Origin: Candidatus Saccharimonadota bacterium
GTDB lineage: Bacteria > Patescibacteriota > Patescibacteriia > 2-12-FULL-60-25
Reading direction: 5' to 3'
Length of the DNA stretch: 32,000 nucleotides
Assembly: GCA_963718585.1 (NCBI GenBank)
Contig: OY970357.1
Coordinates: 900,001 to 932,000 of the forward strand
Below the pieces are notes generated by a model, which did no database searches, was not told where the DNA came from, and was given only the letters and a program-made list of their open reading frames with translations. Positions 1 to 14,003 of the stretch are shown here, in pieces; within the stretch, counting starts at the first letter, position 1, and the number at the start of each line of letters is the position of its first letter. Both the position numbers and the translations under genes were made by a program.

Positions 1-313
1 ACGGATCTCCGGTCACTTTTTCCAATGCAGACAAAAAGAGATTGCCGAACGTGTGACCAGACAGGCCGCCTTCGTGGAACCGATAGGTGAAAAGACTGCG
101 AAGTGACTCATCCCCATCCGCAAGCGCGACAAGGCATTGCCGGATATCGCCCGGCGGCAGGACCCCGAGCTCATCCCGAAGCACACCGGTCGATCCGCCG
201 TTGTCTGCGATGCTCACGATCGCCGTGAGATCGACGGGATGATGCTTCAGTCCGGACAGGACCGTGAACGTCCCCGTCCCGCCTCCCAGCACGGCGATCT
301 TCTTCTTCGACAT
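1..313 (-). CDS. yvcK: YvcK/CofD-like gluconeogenesis-factor family protein (UPF0052), N-terminal part; gene continues past the window start
   Basis: The reverse strand from ATG at 313-311 reads [65 protein letters not shown]... The GGGTG and [12 protein letters not shown] motifs match my recollection of B. subtilis YvcK. It is absent from the ORF track because it is truncated by the window edge. Confidence 0.8.
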   Translation of the reverse strand, partial: MSKKKIAVLGGGTGTFTVLSGLKHHPVDLTAIVSIADNGGSTGVLRDELGVLPPGDIRQCLVALADGDESLRSLFTYRFHEGGLSGHTFGNLFLSALEKVTGDP

Positions 314-323
314 GAGGGCCACC

Positions 324-1277
324 CTAAGAGGTGCGCTTCTTTTTTGCCAGGGTATACTCGTGCGCCGCACATTCGGCAGGAACGGCGTTCACGACGATAC
401 CCGCATCAAGCTCAAACCCGCCCCACACATTCGCTCGTGGAACGAAATGGATCTCGAAGAATTCATCCTTCTGCCCGAAGACATCATGAAAATACAGATT
501 GTACGGATACCCACGCTCCCGGACGAGCGGAAAGAGCGCATGAAGTGCCCGGGCAAAGGATCGCCGTTCCGCCGCCGTCGCCTCGGTCACATTATCGATC
601 CGCCGCCGCGTCAGGATCCGGACCCCATACGCGAATCGGGAGACCGGGTCCGCAAATGCGACCACCAAGCGATCCGCGTAGATCGTCCGTGCTGGAGTCG
701 CTTCGGCCAAGGCGAGCGCATGCGCGGTCTGATGATGTTTCATACGGATCCGTGTGCGCGCGCGGGCCATGCGTTTCAAACGTTCCGGGACGAACGGGAG
801 CCCGAAGATCTGTGAATGCGGATGCGGTTGCGACGCACCGGCCGCCTTCCCTTCGTTCTTGAATACGACCATGAACTTCAACCGTGGATCCTGACGATAG
901 ATACGACATCGCTCCGCCATCGCATCGATGGATGCCGTGATCCGTGCGACGGAGAATGCTGTGAACGGCGTCCGTGTCTGTCCTTCGACGAGGATCTCCT
1001 GCCGTCCTTCGATCGGTTTGGTTTGATGGAAGATGGGATACCTGTTCTCGACCACCGTCACCTGCCGATCCTTCGATCCATATGTCGCCAAGATGGTCTG
1101 TTCCTTCAACCCTGCAGGTGAAAAAGGGTCCTTCAAACGCTTTTGACCCAGTCCCTGCGGACGATACCGACGCGCCGGTGCAACGATGATGGTGTCGCCG
1201 GTCAACTCATCCGTGAACAGATGGGACGTATTCGGGTCTTTGAACGGATACGCGGGGCAAAGTGAGGATCGAGGCAT
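324..1277 (-). CDS. galT: Galactose-1-phosphate uridylyltransferase-like (HIT superfamily, GalT branch)
   Basis: 317-aa ORF containing [20 protein letters not shown], the HxHxQ nucleotidyl-transfer motif. A GGAGGA Shine-Dalgarno site lies 3 nt upstream of the ATG on the minus strand. Confidence 0.75.
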   Translation of the reverse strand: MPRSSLCPAYPFKDPNTSHLFTDELTGDTIIVAPARRYRPQGLGQKRLKDPFSPAGLKEQTILATYGSKDRQVTVVENRYPIFHQTKPIEGRQEILVEGQTRTPFTAFSVARITASIDAMAERCRIYRQDPRLKFMVVFKNEGKAAGASQPHPHSQIFGLPFVPERLKRMARARTRIRMKHHQTAHALALAEATPARTIYADRLVVAFADPVSRFAYGVRILTRRRIDNVTEATAAERRSFARALHALFPLVRERGYPYNLYFHDVFGQKDEFFEIHFVPRANVWGGFELDAGIVVNAVPAECAAHEYTLAKKKRTS

Positions 1278-1312
1278 AGCTCCTCCATTCTACCGCATGG
1301 ATCGGATCACGT

Positions 1313-1888
1313 ATGCTACGATGCCCTCATATGGCACTCATTCGACCTCTCGGCATCTTCAACGCCGGCGGTGGCGGCACAAAAAAGCCATCGAATACGC
1401 CTCCGTCCCAACCAGGGCGGACGCCCGTACCCGGACGAGGATTCCAGCATCCGACGGCAGGCGCCGGACACGGAACGGCGTCGACCCCGACCTTGGGTCG
1501 CGCAGAAAAGCGGCTTGCCGACATCAAAGCCTCGCTCCGCGCGAATCAGCAGACCGCCAAGAGTGCCGCACATCAAGGCGTGATCGCCCGACCGATGGAT
1601 CAAAATCTCTCGCGCTCGCTCGAACAGCGCCGTGCCGAAGTCCAGAGATCTGGCACCTCTGTCGCCCGCATCGGAAAAGGGACTGAAGGTTCGACGAGTG
1701 TCGAACGGCTTGGCGAGACCCCGGGAGGAGAACAGACCTCCGTTGCACGCCTCGGAAAGACGGAGTCGCCAGAAGCGGCACGCGGCTCCTCGGTCGCCCG
1801 TCTCCAGAACAAAGAACATCCGTCCTATCTCCCACCGCCTCCGCCACTTCCGCAAAACAAAAATACGAAATTCGGCGACATGTCCTGA
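1313..1888 (+). CDS. Hypothetical low-complexity protein with four TSVARLGK-type repeats
   Basis: Open frame of 191 aa. The repeat units start at 1655, 1694, 1736 and 1787, giving spacings of 39, 42 and 51 nt, all multiples of 3. The units differ mainly by synonymous codons in this frame (Ser TCT/AGT/TCC/TCG; Arg CGC/CGG/CGC/CGT), which indicates selection on the plus frame. The start codon is uncertain (1313 or 1331) and I see no clear SD. Confidence 0.55.
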   Translation: MLRCPHMALIRPLGIFNAGGGGTKKPSNTPPSQPGRTPVPGRGFQHPTAGAGHGTASTPTLGRAEKRLADIKASLRANQQTAKSAAHQGVIARPMDQNLSRSLEQRRAEVQRSGTSVARIGKGTEGSTSVERLGETPGGEQTSVARLGKTESPEAARGSSVARLQNKEHPSYLPPPPPLPQNKNTKFGDMS

Positions 1889-1902
1889 TCAAAGACGCTC
1901 GG

Positions 1903-2124
1903 CTATCGGCCGGGCGTCATGGTCTGTAGCGGATCAACGGTCAAATTCTGGCCAAGTCCGGAACCCGTGAAATCGCCTCCGCGAAAACTCCCCGGCATAG
2001 ACGACGAGATGACATATCCGTCATTACCGCCACTTGTTGCGACAGGGGTATCCGCACATCCGGCACCGAATAGAGCAAGGGCAAGGACAGCGGGGATCAG
2101 GTATCGAAAACGCATGGTTGGCAT
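1903..2124 (-). CDS. Small putative lipoprotein
   Basis: MPTMRFRYLIPAVLALALFGAGCADTP is a signal peptide with a lipobox-like LFGAGC. The longer track ORF (to 2235) would overlap the ruvC 3' end, so an internal Met at 2124 or 2115 is preferred. Confidence 0.5.
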   Translation of the reverse strand: MPTMRFRYLIPAVLALALFGAGCADTPVATSGGNDGYVISSSMPGSFRGGDFTGSGLGQNLTVDPLQTMTPGR

Positions 2125-2224
2125 CTTACACGAGTTGTGGTTTGGACGCAGGACGCGAAGCGGATGAGCACGTGAGGAGGCGTACTGAACGTACGTCGAC
2201 GAGCGCGCGGAGAGAGCGACGATG

Positions 2225-2725
2225 TCATGCGCCAAATCCGCGACTCGTGCGGTACATCAGGGCGCCGACCATGGCGATAGCAAGCGCATCTGCAGCATCA
2301 TCCGGCTCCGGCCGCTCCGCGAGTTTCAGGAGACGCTGGACCATCTCTTGGACCTGCCGCTTGTCCGCCTTCCCCCAACCCGTGATCCCCTGCTTCACCT
2401 GATTCGGGGTCAATTCCACGATCGGAATGCCCGCGTCTGACGCAGCAAGCAGGATCACCCCACGCGCCATGCCGACTTTGATCGCGGTCTTGGCATTCGT
2501 CGAAAAAAAGAGTTCTTCGACCACAACGCACGCAGGCGCATGTGCGGCGATGAGATCACGGACGCCATCGCGCGTCTGTCGCAGCCGCAAATCGAACGGA
2601 TCCTTGGCTGACGTCATCACGCATCCGTGGTCCACCCATGTCGCATCGCTTCCTCGCGAATCGATCACGCCAAAACCCGTCCGATCGAAACCGGGATCAA
2701 TGCCAAGGACGCGGATCTGGCTCAT
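2225..2725 (-). CDS. ruvC: Holliday junction resolvase RuvC
   Basis: 166 aa. N-terminal RVLGIDPGFDRTGFGVI and C-terminal DDAADALAIAM acidic catalytic motifs are typical of RuvC. The start overlaps the yebC stop by 4 nt (ATGA). Confidence 0.92.
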   Translation of the reverse strand: MSQIRVLGIDPGFDRTGFGVIDSRGSDATWVDHGCVMTSAKDPFDLRLRQTRDGVRDLIAAHAPACVVVEELFFSTNAKTAIKVGMARGVILLAASDAGIPIVELTPNQVKQGITGWGKADKRQVQEMVQRLLKLAERPEPDDAADALAIAMVGALMYRTSRGFGA

Positions 2726-3444
2726 GCGAGGTTACTGTACACCTTCGACACATCATCAAGCTCATCCAAGGCATCGATCAGCTCCTGCACGGCGAGACCG
2801 ATCGCTTCATCCGTCTCAATGAGAGTCTTTGGGATCCACTCGAAATCTGCGGATTCGACCTCGAGCCCCAGCGCTTGGACGGCTTCCGTGACTTTCGCCA
2901 GGTCGCTCGTCGCACATCGGACGTCTGTCCCCTCCTCGTCGTCCACGATATCCGTCGCACCGGCGTCGATGAGCGCGAGCTCGAGCTCATCCCGCCGGTC
3001 TGCCGGCAAGCCGCCTGCCACGCGGACGACGCCGACGTGGTCGAAGAGATACGTGACCGCCCCGCTCCCCGCAAGGGTACCCCCATTCTTTGTGAGCAGA
3101 TGTTTTACATCATTCGCAGACCGATTACGGTTGTCCGTCAGGCATTCGATGATGAGTGCGGTCCCGCCTGGGGCGTATGCCTCATACGTGAGCGAATCGA
3201 TCTGCCCCTCGCCGCCCGCGCCGCTCCCGCGCTGGATCGCGCGCTCGATCGTATCCTTGGGGACGGACGCCTTCTTCGCCCGATCGATCGCCACACGCAA
3301 ACGGATGTTCATGTTCGGATCCCCGCCCTTGTCTCGCGCGGCGACCGTGATCTCACGGGCGAGCTTGGTGAACGAGGCAGATCGCTTCGCATCCACTGCG
3401 CCCTTGAACTGTTTGACCTTGGACCATTTGGAGTGTCGGGACAT
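2722..3444 (-). CDS. yebC: YebC/PmpR family DNA-binding transcriptional regulator
   Basis: MSRHSKWSKVKQFKGAVDAKRSASFTKLAREITVAAR... is the canonical YebC N-terminus. The Met at 3444 is chosen over the 16-aa extension in the track. The yebC-ruvC pairing is a common operon. Confidence 0.9.
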   Translation of the reverse strand: MSRHSKWSKVKQFKGAVDAKRSASFTKLAREITVAARDKGGDPNMNIRLRVAIDRAKKASVPKDTIERAIQRGSGAGGEGQIDSLTYEAYAPGGTALIIECLTDNRNRSANDVKHLLTKNGGTLAGSGAVTYLFDHVGVVRVAGGLPADRRDELELALIDAGATDIVDDEEGTDVRCATSDLAKVTEAVQALGLEVESADFEWIPKTLIETDEAIGLAVQELIDALDELDDVSKVYSNLA

Positions 3445-3492
3445 ATGCGGCGTGAGCGTAACGCATGACCGTCGGATTGACAAAGGAGCCAT

Positions 3493-3522
3493 AAAAAAGC
3501 GGGCCCGGAGGCCCGCTTTTTC
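3493..3522 (-). terminator. Rho-independent terminator downstream of rpoC
   Basis: GCGGGCC(3499-3505) / GGCCCGC(3510-3516) stem with a CGGA loop, flanked by an A-run and a T-run. It lies 15 nt after the rpoC stop. Confidence 0.8.
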
Positions 3523-3536
3523 TTTCGCGAGATGCG

Positions 3537-7499
<3,963 letters not shown>

Positions 7500-7511
7500 A
7501 TGCGTGGTCGG

Positions 7512-10964
<3,453 letters not shown>

Positions 10965-11277
10965 GAACAGATGGGACGCCCACGAACGGGTTCCCCTCCC
11001 ACGCGGGCCTCGCGCTGCGGGACAGAGCAGGCGGAGATGCGAGGCGTCGGTGAGACCGGAGGACCCGGGCGTCTTCAATGGAGTAAAAAACGATGCGGAC
11101 GCAAACACCCACCCGTCCGCGAGAACAGGTGGGTGACGAAATTTACGCGAGACGCGTGATCATTCGGCGTGAGGGATGAATCAAGGCGGACGGTTTCCCG
11201 TCGCCCTCGTCCACGGCCGATCAAATGAAGAACCTGCAGAGTTTCCTTCACCTGACAAGCCGCATCGTTGCGGGCGG

Positions 11278-11306
11278 ATTATGCCACGCTCGGAAATGCC
11301 CGTCAA
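11278..11306 (-). promoter_or_regulatory. Sigma70-like promoter reading toward rpoB (TTGACG-N17-CATAAT on the minus strand)
   Basis: -35 is the complement of 11301-11306 and -10 is the complement of 11278-11283, with a 17-nt spacer. This implies a rpoB 5' UTR of roughly 300 nt. Confidence 0.55.
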
Positions 11307-11368
11307 CTGTGATAAGTAAGCCAAATTTCGCGTCGCTCTATAGAGCCAAATCCTGGGCCTTCCAGGCC

Positions 11369-11397
11369 TTGACAGAAAGATTGTAATGTGTTATCTT
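11369..11397 (+). promoter_or_regulatory. Sigma70-like promoter (TTGACA-N17-TATCTT), divergent from the rpoB promoter
   Basis: TTGACA at 11369-11374, a 17-nt spacer, and TATCTT at 11392-11397. Confidence 0.65.
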
Positions 11398-11403
11398 AAC
11401 AAG

Positions 11404-11569
11404 TCCCAGGATGGACAGGTCGTGCCCAACGGACAAAAGCTTACAATCTAGCCAATATTCGTCTCGAAGTGGAGAGCGAGACCCTGTCAGGCTAAAGGTA
11501 AAATAATGGCTCAAATTGGGCCATTTCGCTCATCCCTTGTTCGAGACGGAAATACCCGTCTCGTTTTTT
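11404..11569 (+). ncRNA. Leader RNA / sRNA ending at an intrinsic terminator, with alternative-pairing (attenuator-like) segments
   Basis: The terminator is CGAGACGG(11542-49) / CCGTCTCG(11556-63) followed by TTTTTT. Upstream, GTCTCGAA(11461-68) can pair either with CGAGAC(11477-82) or with TTCGAGAC(11540-47), which is the 5' arm of the terminator. Confidence 0.5.
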
Positions 11570-11579
11570 GTCTCAAGAG

Positions 11580-11761
11580 ACGCGGAGGAGAGAGCCTCTT
11601 GTTGGCGAAAGCCGTTTCCAAACGCGTTTTCACCACAGAGTGGCCACGGAAGCCAGTTACGCCGGTTCCAGACTTTTGTCCGGATACTGGCACCACTGGT
11701 CGGTACGTCGCCTTGGAGAGGGACACGCTTCGGCTCCCGTCCCTCTCCCCTTCGCATCCCT
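11580..11761 (+). ncRNA. Structured RNA module, copy A (unassigned family)
   Basis: Closing helix CGGAGG(11583-88) / CCTTCG(11749-54). Penultimate hairpin GGAGAGGGAC(11715-24) / GTCCCTCTCC(11739-48) enclosing GC-TTCG-GC. CCGGTTCCAGAC box at 11662-73. Confidence 0.6.
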
Positions 11762-11780
11762 TGAGATGAAGACCTGCTGA

Positions 11781-11938
11781 CACACATGGAGGAGGACCCC
11801 TGTACCGGCCCGAACACGGATCCCGGACAGGACGGTCGCGGAAATCATGCGAAGCCGGTTTCGACTGGCATCGCACGATCGGTACGCGACCATGGACGCG
11901 GGGAGCTTCGGCCCACCCCGCGTCCCCTCTAGGTGCGT
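11781..11938 (+). ncRNA. Structured RNA module, copy B
   Basis: Closing helix TGGAGG(11787-92) / CCTCTA(11926-31). Hairpin GACGCGGGG(11895-903) / CCCCGCGTC(11916-24) enclosing GC-TTCG-GC. GCCG / TGGC stem closing the loop GTTTCGAC (11854-69). Confidence 0.6.
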
Positions 11939-11959
11939 CCGCAGGACTTATTCCAACAG

Positions 11960-12110
11960 ACGTGGAGGAGAGTACGTTCCGAGATCCTCTTGGGGGTCAC
12001 GGACGTCGGAAGGCAAAACCAGCTGACCCGGTTCCGACTGGGTCTCGCTGGGAGTCGCTGACCATGGATCGCCCGATGCTTCGGCAAACGGAGGTCCCCT
12101 CTACATCCGT
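11960..12110 (+). ncRNA. Structured RNA module, copy C
   Basis: ACG+TGGAGG(11960-68) pairs with CCTCTA(12098-103)+CATC bulge+CGT(12108-10). GACCCG / TGGGTC stem closes the loop GTTCCGAC (12025-44). GC-TTCG-GC at 12078-85. Confidence 0.6.
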
Positions 12111-12133
12111 TGGAAGAAATTCCGACGACATTT

Positions 12134-12222
12134 CGCAGTGCCGGGTCAGGTCCCGGTGCCCTATCCACGGGCCAAAACTCCCTAAACCGGAGAAATAGGT
12201 GGTTCGAACCCATCCTCTGCGG
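12134..12222 (+). other. tRNA-like element (canonical T-arm, non-canonical anticodon loop); not a confident tRNA gene
   Basis: T-arm GGTGG-TTCGAAC-CCATC (12198-12214). Acceptor CGCAGTG(12134-40) / CTCTGCG(12215-21) pairs at 6 of 7 positions. CCGGG / CCCGG arm at 12141-56, 4-bp GCCC / GGGC arm with loop TATCCAC (no U33), and an extra CTCC / GGAG arm. No encoded CCA. Confidence 0.3.
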
Positions 12223-12266
12223 CGATCGCACCCTTCACCATCAACCCTAAGGACAAGAGGTCATCA

Positions 12267-12668
12267 ATGATCGAGATCGTCCGCCGTTCCATCGACGGCA
12301 CCGTCACGCAGGAGTTCATCAGCGTCACGACCAAGACCTTTTTGGCCATGGACGAACGCACGTTCTCTCGCGAGGACGAGCCGTTGCACCCGACCAAAGC
12401 GGTCTTGCGGTGCGACGAGACGCTCTACGGTTTCGATATCGAGGTCGTGATCGTCGCCTACCACCCACCTCCCGAGCCCGTCGATCCCGACGAACACGAG
12501 GAGGCGCGTGCACTGTTGCGACGGCATCGCGAGATGCGGGAACGGCTGGAAGCGCGCTTCATCAAACGGTCGAACCGCGGTCAACGCGCGAAGGCTGGCC
12601 TTCGCGTGGATACACGCAAATCGCATCGTCGCTTCGGCCGCGATACGACCCGTCACGAAGCGGCCTGA
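12267..12668 (+). CDS. Hypothetical protein (133 aa, basic C-terminus)
   Basis: ATG preceded by AAGGACAAGAGG. Codon usage is like the housekeeping genes (GC-ending codons). No motif recognised. Confidence 0.65.
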   Translation: MIEIVRRSIDGTVTQEFISVTTKTFLAMDERTFSREDEPLHPTKAVLRCDETLYGFDIEVVIVAYHPPPEPVDPDEHEEARALLRRHREMRERLEARFIKRSNRGQRAKAGLRVDTRKSHRRFGRDTTRHEAA

Positions 12669-12736
12669 GACGACACCCGCTCTCACCGCGACGGAAAACT
12701 GCCCATTGTTGGTACGGCAGACATCTCTCTGACATC

Positions 12737-12763
12737 GCCGGAGGAGTCCAACACTCCTCCGGC
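12737..12763 (+). terminator. Strong 10-bp hairpin after ORF 12267-12668 (no U-tract)
   Basis: GCCGGAGGAG / CTCCTCCGGC with a 7-nt loop. Confidence 0.45.
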
Positions 12764-12824
12764 ACCGATCCGAGTCCATCAAGCGATTGGTGGTCTCAGA
12801 ACGCTCAACCCACGGAGGTCACAC

Positions 12825-13031
12825 TTGTTCATCGTCAAATATTTCGTCCCGTCAGCAGCCATGGAAGAGTCCGGCGATCTCGACCTCATCCCCGATGGGG
12901 AAAGCGAGCCGTGCACCCGCCGCCAGGCGGAAGTGAAACTTGAAGTCAAAGACTTCATGCCCTTCGACGCGGAACTCGGCCTCTGGAAGAACCCGCTCAC
13001 CAACCAATTCGCCCTGATCGCTGCGGCGTAA
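12825..13031 (+). CDS. Hypothetical acidic protein (68 aa)
   Basis: TTG start 6 nt after GGAGG (12814-18). An alternative Met lies at 12861. The protein ends ...NQFALIAAA. Confidence 0.5.
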   Translation: MFIVKYFVPSAAMEESGDLDLIPDGESEPCTRRQAEVKLEVKDFMPFDAELGLWKNPLTNQFALIAAA

Positions 13032-13060
13032 AAAAAAACAAACCAAGAAGGAGAATACCA

Positions 13061-13174
13061 ATGCAGCTCAACATGACCGTGTTCGCCGCTCTTTCCCCCA
13101 ACGACAAGCTCCGCTACGTCCAGATGGTCCGCAGGCATCTCACCGAGAAGCAGGCGGACAAGAAGGCGGCGTAA
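13061..13174 (+). CDS. Hypothetical 37-aa protein
   Basis: AAGGAG SD 7 nt upstream of the ATG. Reads MQLNMTVFAALSPNDKLRYVQMVRRHLTEKQADKKAA. It is followed directly by a hairpin and is below the length cutoff of the ORF track. Confidence 0.4.
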   Translation: MQLNMTVFAALSPNDKLRYVQMVRRHLTEKQADKKAA

Positions 13175-13181
13175 GCCTCAA

Positions 13182-13207
13182 GGCGGAACGGGATTCCCCG
13201 TTCCGCC
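13182..13207 (+). terminator. Hairpin terminator candidate
   Basis: GGCGGAACGGG / CCCGTTCCGCC with an ATTC loop. A second imperfect hairpin lies at about 13217-13243. Confidence 0.45.
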
Positions 13208-13294
13208 GCCGATCCGAGGCCGCGACACCGTCGCGTCCTCAGATCGCTCTTCTTCAATCTCCATCCAAAGCCCGCAAGGGCGAGAAAGGCAAAA

Positions 13295-13372
13295 ATGGAT
13301 CAGTTCATCTTGTTCCTCGCCCTCGTTCTCGTCCGTCGCCGCGAAGCGGCCAAGCACGGAGGTAACCGATGA
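13295..13372 (+). CDS. Candidate 25-aa hydrophobic micro-ORF
   Basis: MDQFILFLALVLVRRREAAKHGGNR. Its stop overlaps the next ATG (ATGA), and the GGAGG that serves the next ORF lies inside its 3' end. Confidence 0.25.
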   Translation: MDQFILFLALVLVRRREAAKHGGNR

Positions 13373-13509
13373 TCTCTGTCTGGTGCGTCGTCATGGGCGT
13401 CGCGTTCATCCCGTTCGTAAAAATCTGTCTCTGGGCAGACGTTCGGGAACGCGCCCACAAACGTCATCAGCGCGATGCTCGGCTCATGAAGCTCGCCGGG
13501 CTCGGTTGA
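13369..13509 (+). CDS. Candidate 46-aa single-pass membrane peptide
   Basis: GGAGG 6 nt upstream. MISVWCVVMGVAFIPFVKICLWADVRERAHKRHQRDARLMKLAGLG is a TM helix followed by a basic tail. Confidence 0.35.
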   Translation: MISVWCVVMGVAFIPFVKICLWADVRERAHKRHQRDARLMKLAGLG

Positions 13510-13705
13510 ACAACCGCTGACGCAAATGCGCCAGCCCCTGCAACGTCGGAGACCATACATGGATGAAGCGTAGCCCCGTGGTCGGAGGGGCAATAACCAT
13601 CAACAACTCATCGCTGGAAGCCGACCACTTCCAGCCCCTTTCACAGCCCGCGATCACATCACGGCCTGTGACGGAGGCCAAACCAAAACCAACAAGGAGG
13701 TTCCT

Positions 13706-13897
13706 ATGGAAGGGAACATCAAACGCTTTGCCAGCTATACGCATGACCAGGCCATGATCTACCTGCGGATCAGCGCCCTCATCAACGCCGCGTTCGTCCA
13801 GGCGCGCCAGGAGGGACTCGTCCCGCAACAGAGCGACCGGGACACCATCATCGACATGGACCCATCCTCGCTGGACGAGGTCGATCACGTCGCGTAA
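13706..13897 (+). CDS. Hypothetical protein (63 aa)
   Basis: AAGGAGG SD 6 nt upstream of the ATG. Followed by a hairpin at 13909-13932. Confidence 0.55.
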   Translation: MEGNIKRFASYTHDQAMIYLRISALINAAFVQARQEGLVPQQSDRDTIIDMDPSSLDEVDHVA

Positions 13898-13908
13898 CCC
13901 TATGACTA

Positions 13909-13932
13909 GGCGGTCTGCCCTCGCAGACCGCC
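13909..13932 (+). terminator. Hairpin terminator candidate
   Basis: GGCGGTCTGC / GCAGACCGCC with a CCTC loop. Confidence 0.45.
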
Positions 13933-14003
13933 GCCCACTCTGCCTTCCGAAATGCTTCGGGATGCGAAGCGGGCGATCCCGCCCTCAAAACAAAAGGGTT
14001 TGA

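Noticed and set aside
1316-1855. 179-aa minus-strand ORF that would fit the local operon orientation
   Set aside because: The synonymous-substitution pattern among the four repeat units supports the plus frame. The minus-frame product is Trp/Cys/Arg-rich. Some uncertainty remains.
10965-11108. N-terminal 48-aa extension of the rpoB ORF in the track
   Set aside because: The extension is low-complexity (GPRGRGTRSW...) with no RpoB similarity. The conserved RpoB N-terminus begins just after the Met at 10964.
11449-11496. Possible tmRNA tag reading frame (GCC AAT ATT ... TAA = ANIRLEVESETLSG*), considered together with the T-arm at 12198
   Set aside because: The peptide lacks the hydrophobic (A/V)-A-A end typical of ssrA tags. 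There is no 5' GGGG acceptor strand pairing with the 3' end, and the distance to the T-arm (about 750 nt) is far beyond tmRNA size.
11580-12110. Identification of the tandem modules as glycine, ykkC/guanidine-I, c-di-GMP-I or ZTP riboswitches
   Set aside because: There are superficial resemblances (GGAGAG, GGTTCCG, GGCAAAACC, ACACGG), but the conserved cores of those classes as I remember them are not present in the right order. The family is left unassigned pending an Rfam scan.
11506-12231. Short ORFs in all six frames across the noncoding array (e.g. 87 aa at 11506-11769, 121 aa at 11511-11876, 100 aa at 11929-12231)
   Set aside because: They overlap one another, lack SD sites, and run straight through an intrinsic terminator. 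Their products are Arg/Pro/Ser-rich. The repeated helices with compensatory changes explain the region better.
12264-12782. 172-aa minus-strand ORF, and other minus-strand ORFs in the island (13484-13888, 13848-14204, 14604-15023, 16795-17352, 17672-18202)
   Set aside because: Each is antisense to a plus-strand ORF that has an SD site and genome-typical codon usage. None has an SD of its own.
12825-13031. C-terminal ...FALIAAA of the 68-aa ORF resembling an ssrA-type degron (noted because of the nearby ArfA-like gene)
   Set aside because: A three-alanine end is too short and too common to support a functional claim. It is recorded only as a curiosity.
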